This document shows positions 46,090-55,824 of a DNA stretch of 64,000 bases, in pieces (the stretch's first letter is position 1; every line of letters begins with the position of its first letter). The stretch comes from Caulobacterales bacterium (GTDB lineage: Bacteria; Pseudomonadota; Alphaproteobacteria; Caulobacterales; Aquidulcibacteraceae). The DNA lies in assembly GCA_035548735.1 (NCBI GenBank), contig DASZSK010000263.1:8711-72710 (forward strand), in the 5' to 3' direction. Below the pieces are notes generated by a model, which saw only the letters and a program-made list of their open reading frames with translations, did no database searches and had not been told where the DNA came from. The translations under genes and the position numbers were made by a program.

Positions 46090-46243
46090 GCAAGCTCCCT
46101 GCGCGGCGCCGGGCCGCGATCCTTTTCCTAGTGCGTGTTTCCATGACAATGTATCGAATACGAGCTATGCTGGAATACGAAATCCGGCGTTGGCCGTCAG
46201 TGTGACAAGCGGCGCTGCGGGTCTTTGCGAATTGGAGCGGGGC

Positions 46244-47050
46244 GTGCGCAACAAGGCGAAGGAGGACGTCGAGCAGACTGGCGTGCAGTCGGTGATGATC
46301 GTCCTCGGCGTCATGGAATACCTGGCGGCGCGCGAAGCGGCGGGCGTGACGGAGATCGCAACGGCTCTCGGAACGACGAAGGCGCGCGTTCACCGCCACC
46401 TGCGCACTTTGGTCGCCGCCGGATACGCGTCGCAAGACGACGACGGCGAACGCTATGCCGTAGGGTCTCGGCTCATAGCCCTCGGGCACGCCGCCTCTCT
46501 CGATTCAGCGCTGGTCCGCATCGCCAAGCCGACCATGGCGCGCGTGCGCGACCAGCTTGGGCACACCGTGCTGCTCGACAAAATCGGCGCGCAGGGCGTC
46601 GAAATCATCGATTTTTGCGCCGGCACGGGAATGGTGGAGATTTCAGTGAAGCGGGGGCAGAGCCTGCCTTTGCACGCAAGCGTCGCTGGCAAGCTGGCGC
46701 TGGCCTACGCCGAACCATCGGGTCGCCCAGCGCTCGACAAACGAAAGCTGACCGCGCTCACGCCGGAGACGATCACGGATGCGGAGACGCTGCAGCTCGA
46801 ACTCGAGCGCATCCGGCAACAAGGCTGGGCCGCGGCGCCGGAAGAATTCACGCTCGGCATCAATTGCATCGGTGCGCCGATCTTCAATCAGCGCGGCCAG
46901 ATCGTCGCTGCGATCGCACTGCTGGACTCGGTGCAATTCCTCAGCCGTCGGCCGACGCGTGAGCAGATTTCCACCATCATCGACGCCGCGGCCGAGATCA
47001 CCTCCATTCTTGCGTTGAAGCGTGCGAACCCGGTCGAGCCTTCGGCTTGA
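46244..47050 (+). CDS. IclR-family transcriptional regulator
   Basis: HTH region MEYLAAREAAGVTEIATALGTTKARVHRHLRTLVAAGY and a C-terminal effector domain (CIGAPIFNQRGQIVAAIAL). A GTG start at 46244 behind GGAGCGGGG is proposed. The upstream part of track ORF 45938.. overlaps the thioesterase. Confidence 0.8.
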   Translation: MRNKAKEDVEQTGVQSVMIVLGVMEYLAAREAAGVTEIATALGTTKARVHRHLRTLVAAGYASQDDDGERYAVGSRLIALGHAASLDSALVRIAKPTMARVRDQLGHTVLLDKIGAQGVEIIDFCAGTGMVEISVKRGQSLPLHASVAGKLALAYAEPSGRPALDKRKLTALTPETITDAETLQLELERIRQQGWAAAPEEFTLGINCIGAPIFNQRGQIVAAIALLDSVQFLSRRPTREQISTIIDAAAEITSILALKRANPVEPSA

Positions 47051-47084
47051 CGGAACGAGCGCGTCTGCGCGAAAAGTGAACATT

Positions 47085-47101
47085 GTATCGCATGCCGATA
47101 C
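47085..47101. promoter_or_regulatory. Inverted repeat GTATCG-CATGC-CGATAC. Candidate IclR-type operator upstream of the CoA-transferase gene.
   Basis: Perfect 6-bp arms with a 5-nt spacer, 25 nt upstream of ATG 47126. Arms are identical to the site at 11067..11083. Confidence 0.5.
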
Positions 47102-47125
47102 TGATCTCGGAACACACGGCTCCTC

Positions 47126-48184
47126 ATGACCATTCGACCGTTGGCGGGCGTGAAGGTTTTGGACTTCACGACGCTGCTGCCTGGGCCGCTGGCGACGCTG
47201 ATTCTGGCGGAGGCGGGCGCCTCGGTGATGAAGGTCGAACGCCCCGACGGCGGCGACGATATGCGCGGGTACGAGCCAAAGCTCGGGCCGACGAGTGCAA
47301 TGTTTGCGCTGCTCAATCGCGGCAAGACAAGCATTGCGCTTGATCTCAAGAATTCTGCGGATCAAGCGCGCGCGCTTGGCATGGCGACGACTGCGGACAT
47401 TGTCGTCGAGCAATTCCGCCCTGGCGTGATGGACCGTTTGGGTCTTGGCTACGAGGCCGTGGCGCGCCTCAATCCGAAGATCGTCTATTGCTCGATCACA
47501 GGCTACGGGCAGAGCGGGCCGAAAGCGAACGACGCCGGCCACGACATGAACTTCGCCGCCGAAGCTGGGTTGCTGTCCGTGGTGGCGGATCGCGATGGTG
47601 CGCCGCCGCCCTTGCCTGCGCCGATCGCCGATATTGTCGGCGGCGCCTATCCGGCGGTCATGAACATCCTGCTGGCGCTGCGCGAACGCGACGCGAGCGG
47701 ACGCGGACGCCATCTCGACGTCGCCATGAGCGACAACATGTTTCCGCTGCTGGTGCGCGCGCTTGCCAGCGGTTTTCGCGGCGTTTGGCAGGCGCCCAAC
47801 GCGGATCTGCTTACCGGCGCCACGCCGCGCTACGCCAATTATCGGACGCGCGATGGTCGTTATGTGACGGTCGCGGCGTTGGAGGATCGCTTTTGGCGCA
47901 ATCTGTGTGCGCTGCTGGGCGTGTCGGAGGATGCGCAGCGCGCGGACGTCGCGAAGGCGATCGCGCAACGCGATGCGCAGGATTGGGCCGCCGCGTTCGC
48001 AGGGCGGGACGTGTGTTGTTCCGTGGTCGCGACGGTGGAGGAGGCGCTGGCCTCGCCGCATGTGGCCGCACGCGGGCTCTTTACGCGCCGTGTAGAAAAC
48101 GCGGGTGGAGAAATACCCGCCCTGCCGCTGCCGCTTGTTGAAGCCTATCGCGATCCGGAACGCGGCGCCGCGTCTCCGGAGTGA
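47126..48184 (+). CDS. Class III CoA-transferase (CaiB/BaiF family)
   Basis: Contains LAGVKVLDFTTLLPGPLATLILAEAGASVMKVERP and ITGYGQSGP motifs. Confidence 0.85.
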   Translation: MTIRPLAGVKVLDFTTLLPGPLATLILAEAGASVMKVERPDGGDDMRGYEPKLGPTSAMFALLNRGKTSIALDLKNSADQARALGMATTADIVVEQFRPGVMDRLGLGYEAVARLNPKIVYCSITGYGQSGPKANDAGHDMNFAAEAGLLSVVADRDGAPPPLPAPIADIVGGAYPAVMNILLALRERDASGRGRHLDVAMSDNMFPLLVRALASGFRGVWQAPNADLLTGATPRYANYRTRDGRYVTVAALEDRFWRNLCALLGVSEDAQRADVAKAIAQRDAQDWAAAFAGRDVCCSVVATVEEALASPHVAARGLFTRRVENAGGEIPALPLPLVEAYRDPERGAASPE

Positions 48185-48321
48185 GACGCTGGAAATGCGT
48201 CGTTCGCAAATGACCTATGCCGTTGAGGTCAAAAGCGCCGTCCGCTGAAGGCGTCGTGGCGCAAACGCTGGACGGCGCCGGCCGCGCTCGTCTTCTATGC
48301 GGGGCGGTAGGAGACGCGAAA

Positions 48322-49692
48322 ATGGATAGCGGCGAAGCGAGCGCGGCCAACGCGCCGGCGCATGATCTGCAGGGCGCGGTCGGCGAACGCATCGACGGGC
48401 TGACCAGCTGGCGCGTGCGCTTCTGGGCGCCGATCGTGCTTGGGCTCATCATGCTGGGCGACAGTTGGGACAGCATCGTCATCGCCTATGTCGTGCCGTC
48501 GCTGAAGCAGGAATGGGGTCTCGATACGATCGCGATCGGGGCGATGATTTCCGCCGGCTACGCGGGCCAGTTCGTCGGCTCGCTGCTGCTCGGGCCGTTG
48601 GCGGAGAAATTCGGCCGCATGCCGATCTTCTATGTCGCGATCACCGCGATGTGCATGTTCACGCTGGGCTGTGCGTTGTCGCACGACCCGCAGCTGTTTC
48701 TGACGCTTCGCTTCTGTGCGGGGTTCTCGCTCGGCGGCGCGCTGCCCGTGTGCATCAGCTACGTCAACGAACTGGCCCCGACCAAGACGCGCGGGCGCTA
48801 TTTCTCGCTGTTCCAGTTCATCATGGTGTCGGGTTACGCGCTGGTTTCGATCACCGCGCCGTTCATCATCCCGGCGCATGGCTGGCGCACGATGTTCTTC
48901 ATCGGCGCCTTCCCGGTGTTGCTGATCCCGCTGGTGATGCTGACCTTGCCGGAATCGCCGCGCTGGCTCGCGCGCTACGGCCGCGTGGCGAAAGCGAACC
49001 GGGCGCTGGCGAAGCTGGGGGCCGCAGCGGTGGACGAAAACCTGCCGATCGGCGGCGCGGAAGCGCGGCGCGTGCCCGTGCTTGCGCTGTTTGCGCCGGA
49101 ATATCGCGTGCGCACGATCGTCGTGAGCGCGCTGTGGTTTTTCACCTCGCTCGTCTCGTTCGCCTTCGCCACCTGGGCGCCGACGCTCTACACGCAGGTC
49201 TATCATCTGCCGCTGGAAGAGGGGCTGCGCTATACGGCGATCGCCGGCGCGCTCTATCTTTTCGTGCCACTGGCGTTCGCCGCGCTGATTGACATTGTCG
49301 GACGGCGCGGACCGGCCATTTTCGTGAACAGCGTCGCACTCTTGGCGCTCATCGCGCTGATCGCTATCAGTCAGCCGCAGACATTGACGGTGGCGACGCT
49401 GATCACGACGGGCTGGATCGCGGCCGCTGCGGGCTCGGTGATTCTCTGGCCCTACACCGCCGAGATCTTCCCCACGCAGATGCGCGCGACGGGCGTCGGG
49501 CTGTCGAGTTCGCTCGCACGCGGCGCATCCATGCTGACGCCGCTCGTCGTTGCGGGCACGCTGGCCTATGGCGGATCGGTACGCGTGGTGTTCGCGATGC
49601 TCGGCGTCTGCTCGCTGATCGTGATCTTGCTGTGGGTGTTTTTCACCCGCGAAACCGCACGCAAGAGCCTTGAAGAAACGGGCGGGCGCTAG
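48322..49692 (+). CDS. MFS transporter, paralog of 40818..42191
   Basis: ATG at 48322 behind GGTAGGAGA. Shares motifs GPLAEKFGRMP and PESPRWLARYGR. Confidence 0.8.
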   Translation: MDSGEASAANAPAHDLQGAVGERIDGLTSWRVRFWAPIVLGLIMLGDSWDSIVIAYVVPSLKQEWGLDTIAIGAMISAGYAGQFVGSLLLGPLAEKFGRMPIFYVAITAMCMFTLGCALSHDPQLFLTLRFCAGFSLGGALPVCISYVNELAPTKTRGRYFSLFQFIMVSGYALVSITAPFIIPAHGWRTMFFIGAFPVLLIPLVMLTLPESPRWLARYGRVAKANRALAKLGAAAVDENLPIGGAEARRVPVLALFAPEYRVRTIVVSALWFFTSLVSFAFATWAPTLYTQVYHLPLEEGLRYTAIAGALYLFVPLAFAALIDIVGRRGPAIFVNSVALLALIALIAISQPQTLTVATLITTGWIAAAAGSVILWPYTAEIFPTQMRATGVGLSSSLARGASMLTPLVVAGTLAYGGSVRVVFAMLGVCSLIVILLWVFFTRETARKSLEETGGR

Positions 49693-50456
49693 GCGGCGAC
49701 GACGCCTCCGTCGAGCGAAATGATCGCGCCGGTTACGAACGACGACGCATCCGATGCGAGCCAAACCACTGCACCCGTCATTTCTTCAGGCTGGCCGACG
49801 CGATCCATCGGCACTTTCGCCGGCGTCGCCCCGGCTGCGCTGCGCCCGGCGCGCATCGTGCTGAGCAGGCCAGTGTTCACGGGACCCGGCGCGATGGCGT
49901 TGACGCGGATGTTCTGCGTCGCCAACTCGAGCGCGACGGACTTTGTGAGCCCGGCGATGGCGTGCTTCGTGGCCGAATAGGGCGCGGCGAGCGGCAAGCC
50001 GTTGAGCGCCGCAGTCGAGGCAAGGTTGATGACCGAACCTTTGCCGTTCTTCCGGAAATGCGGGATTTCGTACTTCAGACACAGCCACGCGCCGCGCACG
50101 TTGATGGCGAACAGATTGTCGAAATCCTCTGTGCTGATCGACTCAACAGGGCCAGACGCGCCCGGAATGCCGGCATTGTTCATAGCGATGTCGAGGCCGC
50201 CCAAGCGCGACACCGCTTGATCGACCATCGCTTGAACTTCGTTCTCGCGGCGGACATCCGCATGCAGGAACGAGACCTTGCGGCCCGACTGCCGGGCAAT
50301 CTCGGCGGCGTTCTTTTCGCCCTCGGCATCGTTCAGTCCGGCCATGACCAGATCGGCGCCTGCGGCCGCGATTGCGCGTGCGCAGGCGAGGCCGATGCCG
50401 CTATCGGCGCCGACCACAAGCGCGCGCCGTCCTTGCAGGGAAAATTGATCGCTCAC
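49689..50456 (-). CDS. SDR family oxidoreductase
   Basis: GTG start behind AAGGAGAG. Contains VVGADSGIG, NNAG and YSATK motifs. Confidence 0.85.
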   Translation of the reverse strand: MSDQFSLQGRRALVVGADSGIGLACARAIAAAGADLVMAGLNDAEGEKNAAEIARQSGRKVSFLHADVRRENEVQAMVDQAVSRLGGLDIAMNNAGIPGASGPVESISTEDFDNLFAINVRGAWLCLKYEIPHFRKNGKGSVINLASTAALNGLPLAAPYSATKHAIAGLTKSVALELATQNIRVNAIAPGPVNTGLLSTMRAGRSAAGATPAKVPMDRVGQPEEMTGAVVWLASDASSFVTGAIISLDGGVVAA

Positions 50457-50587
50457 CGTGCGCTCTCCTTAAGCGGCGGCGCGTCAGGTCGAAGGGCGCG
50501 CGCCATGCCGAAATTAGCAGAAAGGCGGCCTGCGATCCCGCCGCGGTTGCGAATATTTGGTTTCTCGCTGGAGCATGGCGCGCGTGA

Positions 50588-52153
50588 CTAGGCCGACTTC
50601 GACGCCGACTCGGCGCGGGCGATCCGGCTTCCCTCCGCCGCAGGCAATGTGCGGAACGCGTGCAGCAGCAGCAGGAAAGCGATGGGGATGACGACGAGCG
50701 TCAATTCCATGGCGAGACCGAGGTCGCCCAGCGCGACCGAGAATTTGCCGACGACGTAAGGTCCGATGCAGAGGCCGATCAGCGTAAAGGCGAGCGCGTT
50801 GGCGGCGGCGGAAGCGCCGCGCATGTGCGGCAACACGAGGTCCTGCGTGGTGGCCGCGGCGACGCCGACCCACATGTTGCCGAAGAAGCAGTAGCAGCCG
50901 TAGAGGGCGAAATAGAGAAACACGTTTTGCGTGTGCATCATCGAGATGATGAAGATCGGCAAGAGCACAGTCGAACCAAAGCCGACAAAGAGCCGCCCCG
51001 ACGGGTTCCGCTTGAGCAAGACGTCCGCAACGCGGCCGCCGAACACGCCGCCCAGAAGGCCGCCCGCCGCGGCGATGATCCCCATCACCGAACCGACCAG
51101 CGCCGGCGAGGCGTGCAGGACGCGAATGGCGTAAGGCGGCGCCCAAAAACCGACCGACCAGGTGACGAAGCTCAAGAGTGAGAAGCAGCCGATGCAGGTG
51201 AGGTAGGTCGGCGTGGCGAAGATCAGCGAGAAGGTCGCCCGATCGCGGTGACGCAGCGATTGCGCCCAGGAGAAGCTCGCATAAACGCCCAACGCCAAGG
51301 CTATCCATTGCTCCGGATCGTGAAATGCAGCGGCGAGACCATATGCGAGCGCCGCCAGGATCGCAGCCGCGGCGACATTGATCGCAAGCGAGGTCATTCC
51401 GTATCGCGCCGCGTTGATCAGCGTCAGCGGCGGAACGGCGGCCGCGAGCTCGACGAAGGTGCGCGTCCACGGTTTGGGCTCTTTCGGCGCGATGATTCCG
51501 TCGGCGATGCCGCGCACGGGCTCACGCAAGGACAGCACCCAAAGCGCCGCAAGCAGACCGGGCGCGCCCATGATGAAGAACGTGGCCTGCCACGCATGGA
51601 TGCCGAAGGGCGGGTTATGCGGAAACGCATGCTGCCAAGCGGTCAGCACCCAGCCGCCGATGAATTTGGACATGCCGTTGCCGACAAAGAGTCCGCTCAC
51701 GCAAATCGCCAGCACTGTGGCGCGCTGCGCCTTGGCGAAGCGGTCCGAGAGGATGGAGTAGGACGCAGGCCCGACAGTCGCTTCGCCAATGCCGATGAAG
51801 GCGCGGGCGATGGCGAGGTCAAAGAAGCTGCGCGAAAGCCCGGAAAAGACGGTCATCGCCGACCAGAGCGCCATGCCGGTCGCGAGCAAGGCGCGGCGGG
51901 AGAGGAAATCCGCCAAGCGGCCGAGCGAGACGCCGAAGACGGCGTAGAACACGCCAAACGCCGTGCCGAACAGAAACCCAATCTGGCTGTCGGTGACGCC
52001 AAGATCGGCTTTCACGTCCTCAGCTAGGATCGAAAGAATAAGGCGATCGGCCTGGCTGATCGCAAACACCAGCACTAGAACCACGAGCACGTAGCGGGCG
52101 TATGAGCCGCCGATTTCGGACTTCAGCTCGTCGATGTTCGAGGGATCGCGCAT
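50588..52153 (-). CDS. MFS transporter (Spinster-like / general substrate type)
   Basis: 521 aa, 12-TM, with N-terminal FAISQADRLILSILAEDVKADLGVTDSQIGFLFG. Confidence 0.8.
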   Translation of the reverse strand: MRDPSNIDELKSEIGGSYARYVLVVLVLVFAISQADRLILSILAEDVKADLGVTDSQIGFLFGTAFGVFYAVFGVSLGRLADFLSRRALLATGMALWSAMTVFSGLSRSFFDLAIARAFIGIGEATVGPASYSILSDRFAKAQRATVLAICVSGLFVGNGMSKFIGGWVLTAWQHAFPHNPPFGIHAWQATFFIMGAPGLLAALWVLSLREPVRGIADGIIAPKEPKPWTRTFVELAAAVPPLTLINAARYGMTSLAINVAAAAILAALAYGLAAAFHDPEQWIALALGVYASFSWAQSLRHRDRATFSLIFATPTYLTCIGCFSLLSFVTWSVGFWAPPYAIRVLHASPALVGSVMGIIAAAGGLLGGVFGGRVADVLLKRNPSGRLFVGFGSTVLLPIFIISMMHTQNVFLYFALYGCYCFFGNMWVGVAAATTQDLVLPHMRGASAAANALAFTLIGLCIGPYVVGKFSVALGDLGLAMELTLVVIPIAFLLLLHAFRTLPAAEGSRIARAESASKSA

Positions 52154-52863
52154 GCGCGTTCAAAAAGTGCGGATGGCGCGGAGAGCCATCTCTGCGCGCT
52201 GAGCGGCTGGCTCGAGAATTTCTCCGGATAGGAGAAGATGGGTCAGAAGCGTCGTTTTCGCACGTACGCCAAGTAATCTCGCCACGGCTTCCCCTACCGA
52301 CGTTGTTTGCTTCGCGATCCTTTGGCGTAGGCGCGATCGCCTCATTGTTCTGAAGGAACTCATCGAGCCAGCGGCGATGGCCGAAAGTGCCTCATCGATG
52401 CACGCTCCGCAACTGCGCGCGCGGACGCGGTCGCGTGCATATCTGGTATCTTTCTGAGCGATACCGCGGAGCCAGCACACCGAGACGAGAAGCAGCCGCG
52501 CTGTGCGCAATGAAGAGCGCCACGACCATCCGCGCTATTGCGATTTGCGGCGCCGACAGTATTCGCTGCGCGCCTTCTGCATCGCCAAATAGCATGGTCG
52601 AATAGAGGTCAATTGTTCTTCAGCAATCAGCGGATTTCCTTGAGATTTCGCAGGCGATGAATAGCTGGTTTCCCTCCTCATGCGCTACATCCTCACAGGC
52701 GCGCTTGATAGTTTGTCCGTGCGGATAGCGGCAGTGGAAGCGCGTCTTTCTGTCGGTGTTCCTGCCTATGCACGTCCCGTTGGACGAAGATTACGCGGCC
52801 CAGAAAACGATACGGACCGCCGGTCTGCACAACGAACAAAAGACGCAGGGGAGAGTCGCGAAC

Positions 52864-55731
52864 ATGTCTGATAGAAGCTCGTGGAAGCTGGGGAGCAGCT
52901 CGGCGGTGGCGCTGCTTTTCGCGGCGATGTGCGCGCCGGCGGCGCTGGCGCAGGAAGCCGGCGCTCCCGCGCCCGAGAACGCGCAAACCAACGCGCCCGC
53001 GGCCGCCGACTCGTCCGATCAAGAGATCATCGTCACCGGTTCGCGGATCGGCCGCACGAGCTACAACGCGCCGACGCCGGTGAACACCATCAACGCCGAG
53101 ACCATGAAGGACCTGGCGATCCCCAATGTCGCCGATGCGCTCAACCAATTGCCGGCGTTCCGCCCGCTGACGACGCCCGGATCGAATTTCTATCGCGTCG
53201 GCGCCAACATCGCCGGGCGCACCATGGACCTTCGCGGTCTCGGGCCGCAACGCACGCTTGTTCTGCTCGACGGCCGCCGTATTGCGCCGAATAACGACCT
53301 CGGCACCGCCGATCTCAACCAAATCCCGTCGATGCTGGTGAAGCGCTCCGAGGTGGTGACGGGCGGCGCGTCGGCTGCGTATGGCGCAGACGCAGTCGCC
53401 GGGGTCGTGAACCTCATCTTGGACACGAGCCTGACCGGCCTCCACGTGGAGGGCAGCTATGGCCAAAGCCAGAGAGGGGACGCGGAAACGACCAATGTTT
53501 CGCTTGCGTACGGCACGGATTTCGCCGATCGCCGCGGCCACTTCCTGTTCGGCATCGAGCACGCTGATGAAGACGGCGTGTTCGACTGCTCCACGCGCGA
53601 GTGGTGCAGCAAGTACACCAATTACGTCGCCAATCCGGGCTGGACTTCCAACCCCGCGACCAGCAACGGCTTGCCGGCGAACCTTGTGCGCGACAACGTG
53701 TTGTTCGTGATCAATCCGGGCGGCGTCATTCAGAGCGGCCCGCTGGCGGGCACGACGTTCGATCCCAGCGGCAATCCTGTGCCCTTCACCTTCGGCAGCC
53801 CGGTCAGCGGCACGTTCATGGTGGGCGGCGATCCCAGCGTGCAGCGCCCGTATCTGATCGATCAAATCCCGCTGAGCTCGCCGAACAAGCACACGACGAC
53901 CTTCACGCACGTCGACTATGACATCACGCCCGCGCTGCATGCGACGGTGGAGATTTCTTATTCGGACGTGCGCGGCGGCCCCGTCAACAGCACCCCGTCC
54001 TACGACTTCGGCCGTACGATCTACATCGACAATCCCTATCTCACGCCCGCCACCGTCGCGTTGATGAACAGCCACAGCGTGACGTCGTTCAACGTCAGCC
54101 GCATGACCGAGGAGACCGGTCCAAACGCGCACGGCACGACCGATGTGCAATCATGGCGCGGCGTGTTCGCGCTGCGCGGCGATCTCGGCGGCGACTGGAA
54201 CTGGGATGCTTATTACCAGTACGGCAAGAGCGAGGGCGTTCTGAACGTCGACAACGTGCGGATCACGTCGCGCTGGGCGCAGATCTTCGATGCGGTGATG
54301 GGCCCCGGCGGCGTCATCATGTGCCGCTCGACGCTGAGCAACCCGGGCAATGGCTGCATTCCTTCTCCGTACCTCGGCGCCGGATCGAGCAATCCTGCGG
54401 CGCTCGCCTGGGCGTTCGGCGATGCATGGCAGACGCGCGAGTTCCGTCAGGACGTGTTCGCGGCGAACCTGCGCGGCTCCATGTTCGAGACCTGGGCCGG
54501 TCCAATCTCGTGGGCGGCGGGCCTTGAATATCGACGCGATCGCTATTCCGGCGACGTCGATGCGCGGTCCGCGGCCAATCAATTCATCTCGCAATACGCC
54601 GTGCCGTTGCCGGCGGGCGGCCAGAACGTCAAGGAAGCCTATCTCGAAACCAACATTCCGCTGCTGAACGACTCGCCGCTTGGCTCCTCGGCCGCGCTCG
54701 ACTTGGCGGTTCGGCAGACCAATTACAGCCGCTTGGGCGATGCGACGACGTGGAAGGCGGGCTTGGTGTACCAGCCGACCGACGAGTACATGATCCGCGT
54801 GACGCGCTCACACGACATCCGAGCGCCCACCGCCGCGGAGCTGAACCCGCTCACGAGCAGCATCAACCTTCCGCTGCTCGATCCGGTGTTGCACTCCACT
54901 TACACGATGCAATCGTATACGGGCGGCAATCCCAATCTGGAACTCGAGCAAGCCGACACCTTCACGGCGGGCTTCGTGCTGCAGCCGGAGTGGTTCCACA
55001 ATTTTCGGATGTCGGTCGACTACTACAACATCCAGATGGACAATGCGATCGACACCGTTTCCGCGCAGACGACGATCAATCTGTGCGCGGCCGGAAACGC
55101 CACTCTGTGTGGGTCGGTCATCCGCGATCCAGGCACGAACATGATCACCAGCGTGTACTCGGTGTACCAAAACCTGAGTTCGTTGCATGCGCGCGGCGTC
55201 GAAGTCGTCTCGGACTATTCGTTCGATCTTTCGGACATCCAGAATTGGATGGCGGGTCACGTCAACATCACGTTGAACGGCAATTATGTCGACGACCTCT
55301 CCGAGATCAACGCCGCCGGGGCGAAGACGCAGTTCTACAATTGGACGGGCGATCCGGGCTCGGTGCAGAATATTCTCGGCGTGCCGCGTTGGCGCCTGAC
55401 GGGCATCGTCACTTACGCGCTTGATAAGTGGTCCGTGACGGCGGAGGGACGCTACATCCCGCGCTCGTTGTCCGATCCGACCAAGATCGGCCCGGGCCAA
55501 GGCGGCTACAGCCCATACCTGCCGAACAGCATCAGCGAAAACTTCATCGACTCGCGGTTCTACGTCGATCTTTCCGGCCGCTACGATGTTTCGGATGCGG
55601 TGGAGCTGTTCGGCGGCGTCACCAATGTGTTCGACAAGGACGAACCGCACCAGCTTCGCTACACGGGCAACCCGCTCTACTTCGATCCGGTTGGCCGCGC
55701 TTACAAGATCGGCGTACGCGCTCACTGGTAA
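52864..55731 (+). CDS. TonB-dependent outer-membrane receptor
   Basis: ATG at 52864 behind GGGGAGAG. Signal peptide ending ALAQEA. Plug region EIIVTGSR...TPVNTI...LPAF. C-terminal beta-barrel ending YKIGVRAHW. Confidence 0.9.
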   Translation: MSDRSSWKLGSSSAVALLFAAMCAPAALAQEAGAPAPENAQTNAPAAADSSDQEIIVTGSRIGRTSYNAPTPVNTINAETMKDLAIPNVADALNQLPAFRPLTTPGSNFYRVGANIAGRTMDLRGLGPQRTLVLLDGRRIAPNNDLGTADLNQIPSMLVKRSEVVTGGASAAYGADAVAGVVNLILDTSLTGLHVEGSYGQSQRGDAETTNVSLAYGTDFADRRGHFLFGIEHADEDGVFDCSTREWCSKYTNYVANPGWTSNPATSNGLPANLVRDNVLFVINPGGVIQSGPLAGTTFDPSGNPVPFTFGSPVSGTFMVGGDPSVQRPYLIDQIPLSSPNKHTTTFTHVDYDITPALHATVEISYSDVRGGPVNSTPSYDFGRTIYIDNPYLTPATVALMNSHSVTSFNVSRMTEETGPNAHGTTDVQSWRGVFALRGDLGGDWNWDAYYQYGKSEGVLNVDNVRITSRWAQIFDAVMGPGGVIMCRSTLSNPGNGCIPSPYLGAGSSNPAALAWAFGDAWQTREFRQDVFAANLRGSMFETWAGPISWAAGLEYRRDRYSGDVDARSAANQFISQYAVPLPAGGQNVKEAYLETNIPLLNDSPLGSSAALDLAVRQTNYSRLGDATTWKAGLVYQPTDEYMIRVTRSHDIRAPTAAELNPLTSSINLPLLDPVLHSTYTMQSYTGGNPNLELEQADTFTAGFVLQPEWFHNFRMSVDYYNIQMDNAIDTVSAQTTINLCAAGNATLCGSVIRDPGTNMITSVYSVYQNLSSLHARGVEVVSDYSFDLSDIQNWMAGHVNITLNGNYVDDLSEINAAGAKTQFYNWTGDPGSVQNILGVPRWRLTGIVTYALDKWSVTAEGRYIPRSLSDPTKIGPGQGGYSPYLPNSISENFIDSRFYVDLSGRYDVSDAVELFGGVTNVFDKDEPHQLRYTGNPLYFDPVGRAYKIGVRAHW

Positions 55732-55761
55732 GCCACAGCGACATCGACTCCTCCCAAAGCT

Positions 55762-55799
55762 GGCCGCATTTCGCTTCGGCGGGATGCGGCCATTTTTTT
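55762..55799 (+). terminator. Rho-independent terminator after the TonB-dependent receptor gene
   Basis: 8-bp stem GGCCGCAT / ATGCGGCC with a 14-nt loop, followed by a run of seven T (55793..55799). Lies 31 nt after the stop codon. Confidence 0.8.
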
Positions 55800-55824
55800 G
55801 CGCCGGCAAGCGCGCCTCGGGCGG

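Noticed and set aside
50524-50542. Weak hairpin GGCGG-N9-CCGCC after the MFS gene (minus strand), considered as a terminator
   Set aside because: It has only a 5-bp stem and a 3-nt T run on the transcribed strand. The downstream SDR gene may be co-transcribed.
52160-52595. Minus-strand ORFs of 116 aa and 67 aa just upstream of the MFS gene, which looked like a possible small regulator. A GDAEGAQRIL segment is reminiscent of GntR-FCD or TetR C-termini.
   Set aside because: The reading frame is broken between the two pieces. Codon usage is atypical for this genome, no HTH is recognisable, and the motif order does not fit an FCD domain. I kept it only as part of the gene-less-gap finding.
52600-52863. 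Possible riboswitch (cobalamin or TPP) in front of the TonB-dependent receptor
   Set aside because: I could not find a B12 box or the conserved CUGAGA / ACCUGAUCUGGAUAAUGCCAGCG-type TPP elements by eye. It needs an Infernal/Rfam scan before any claim.
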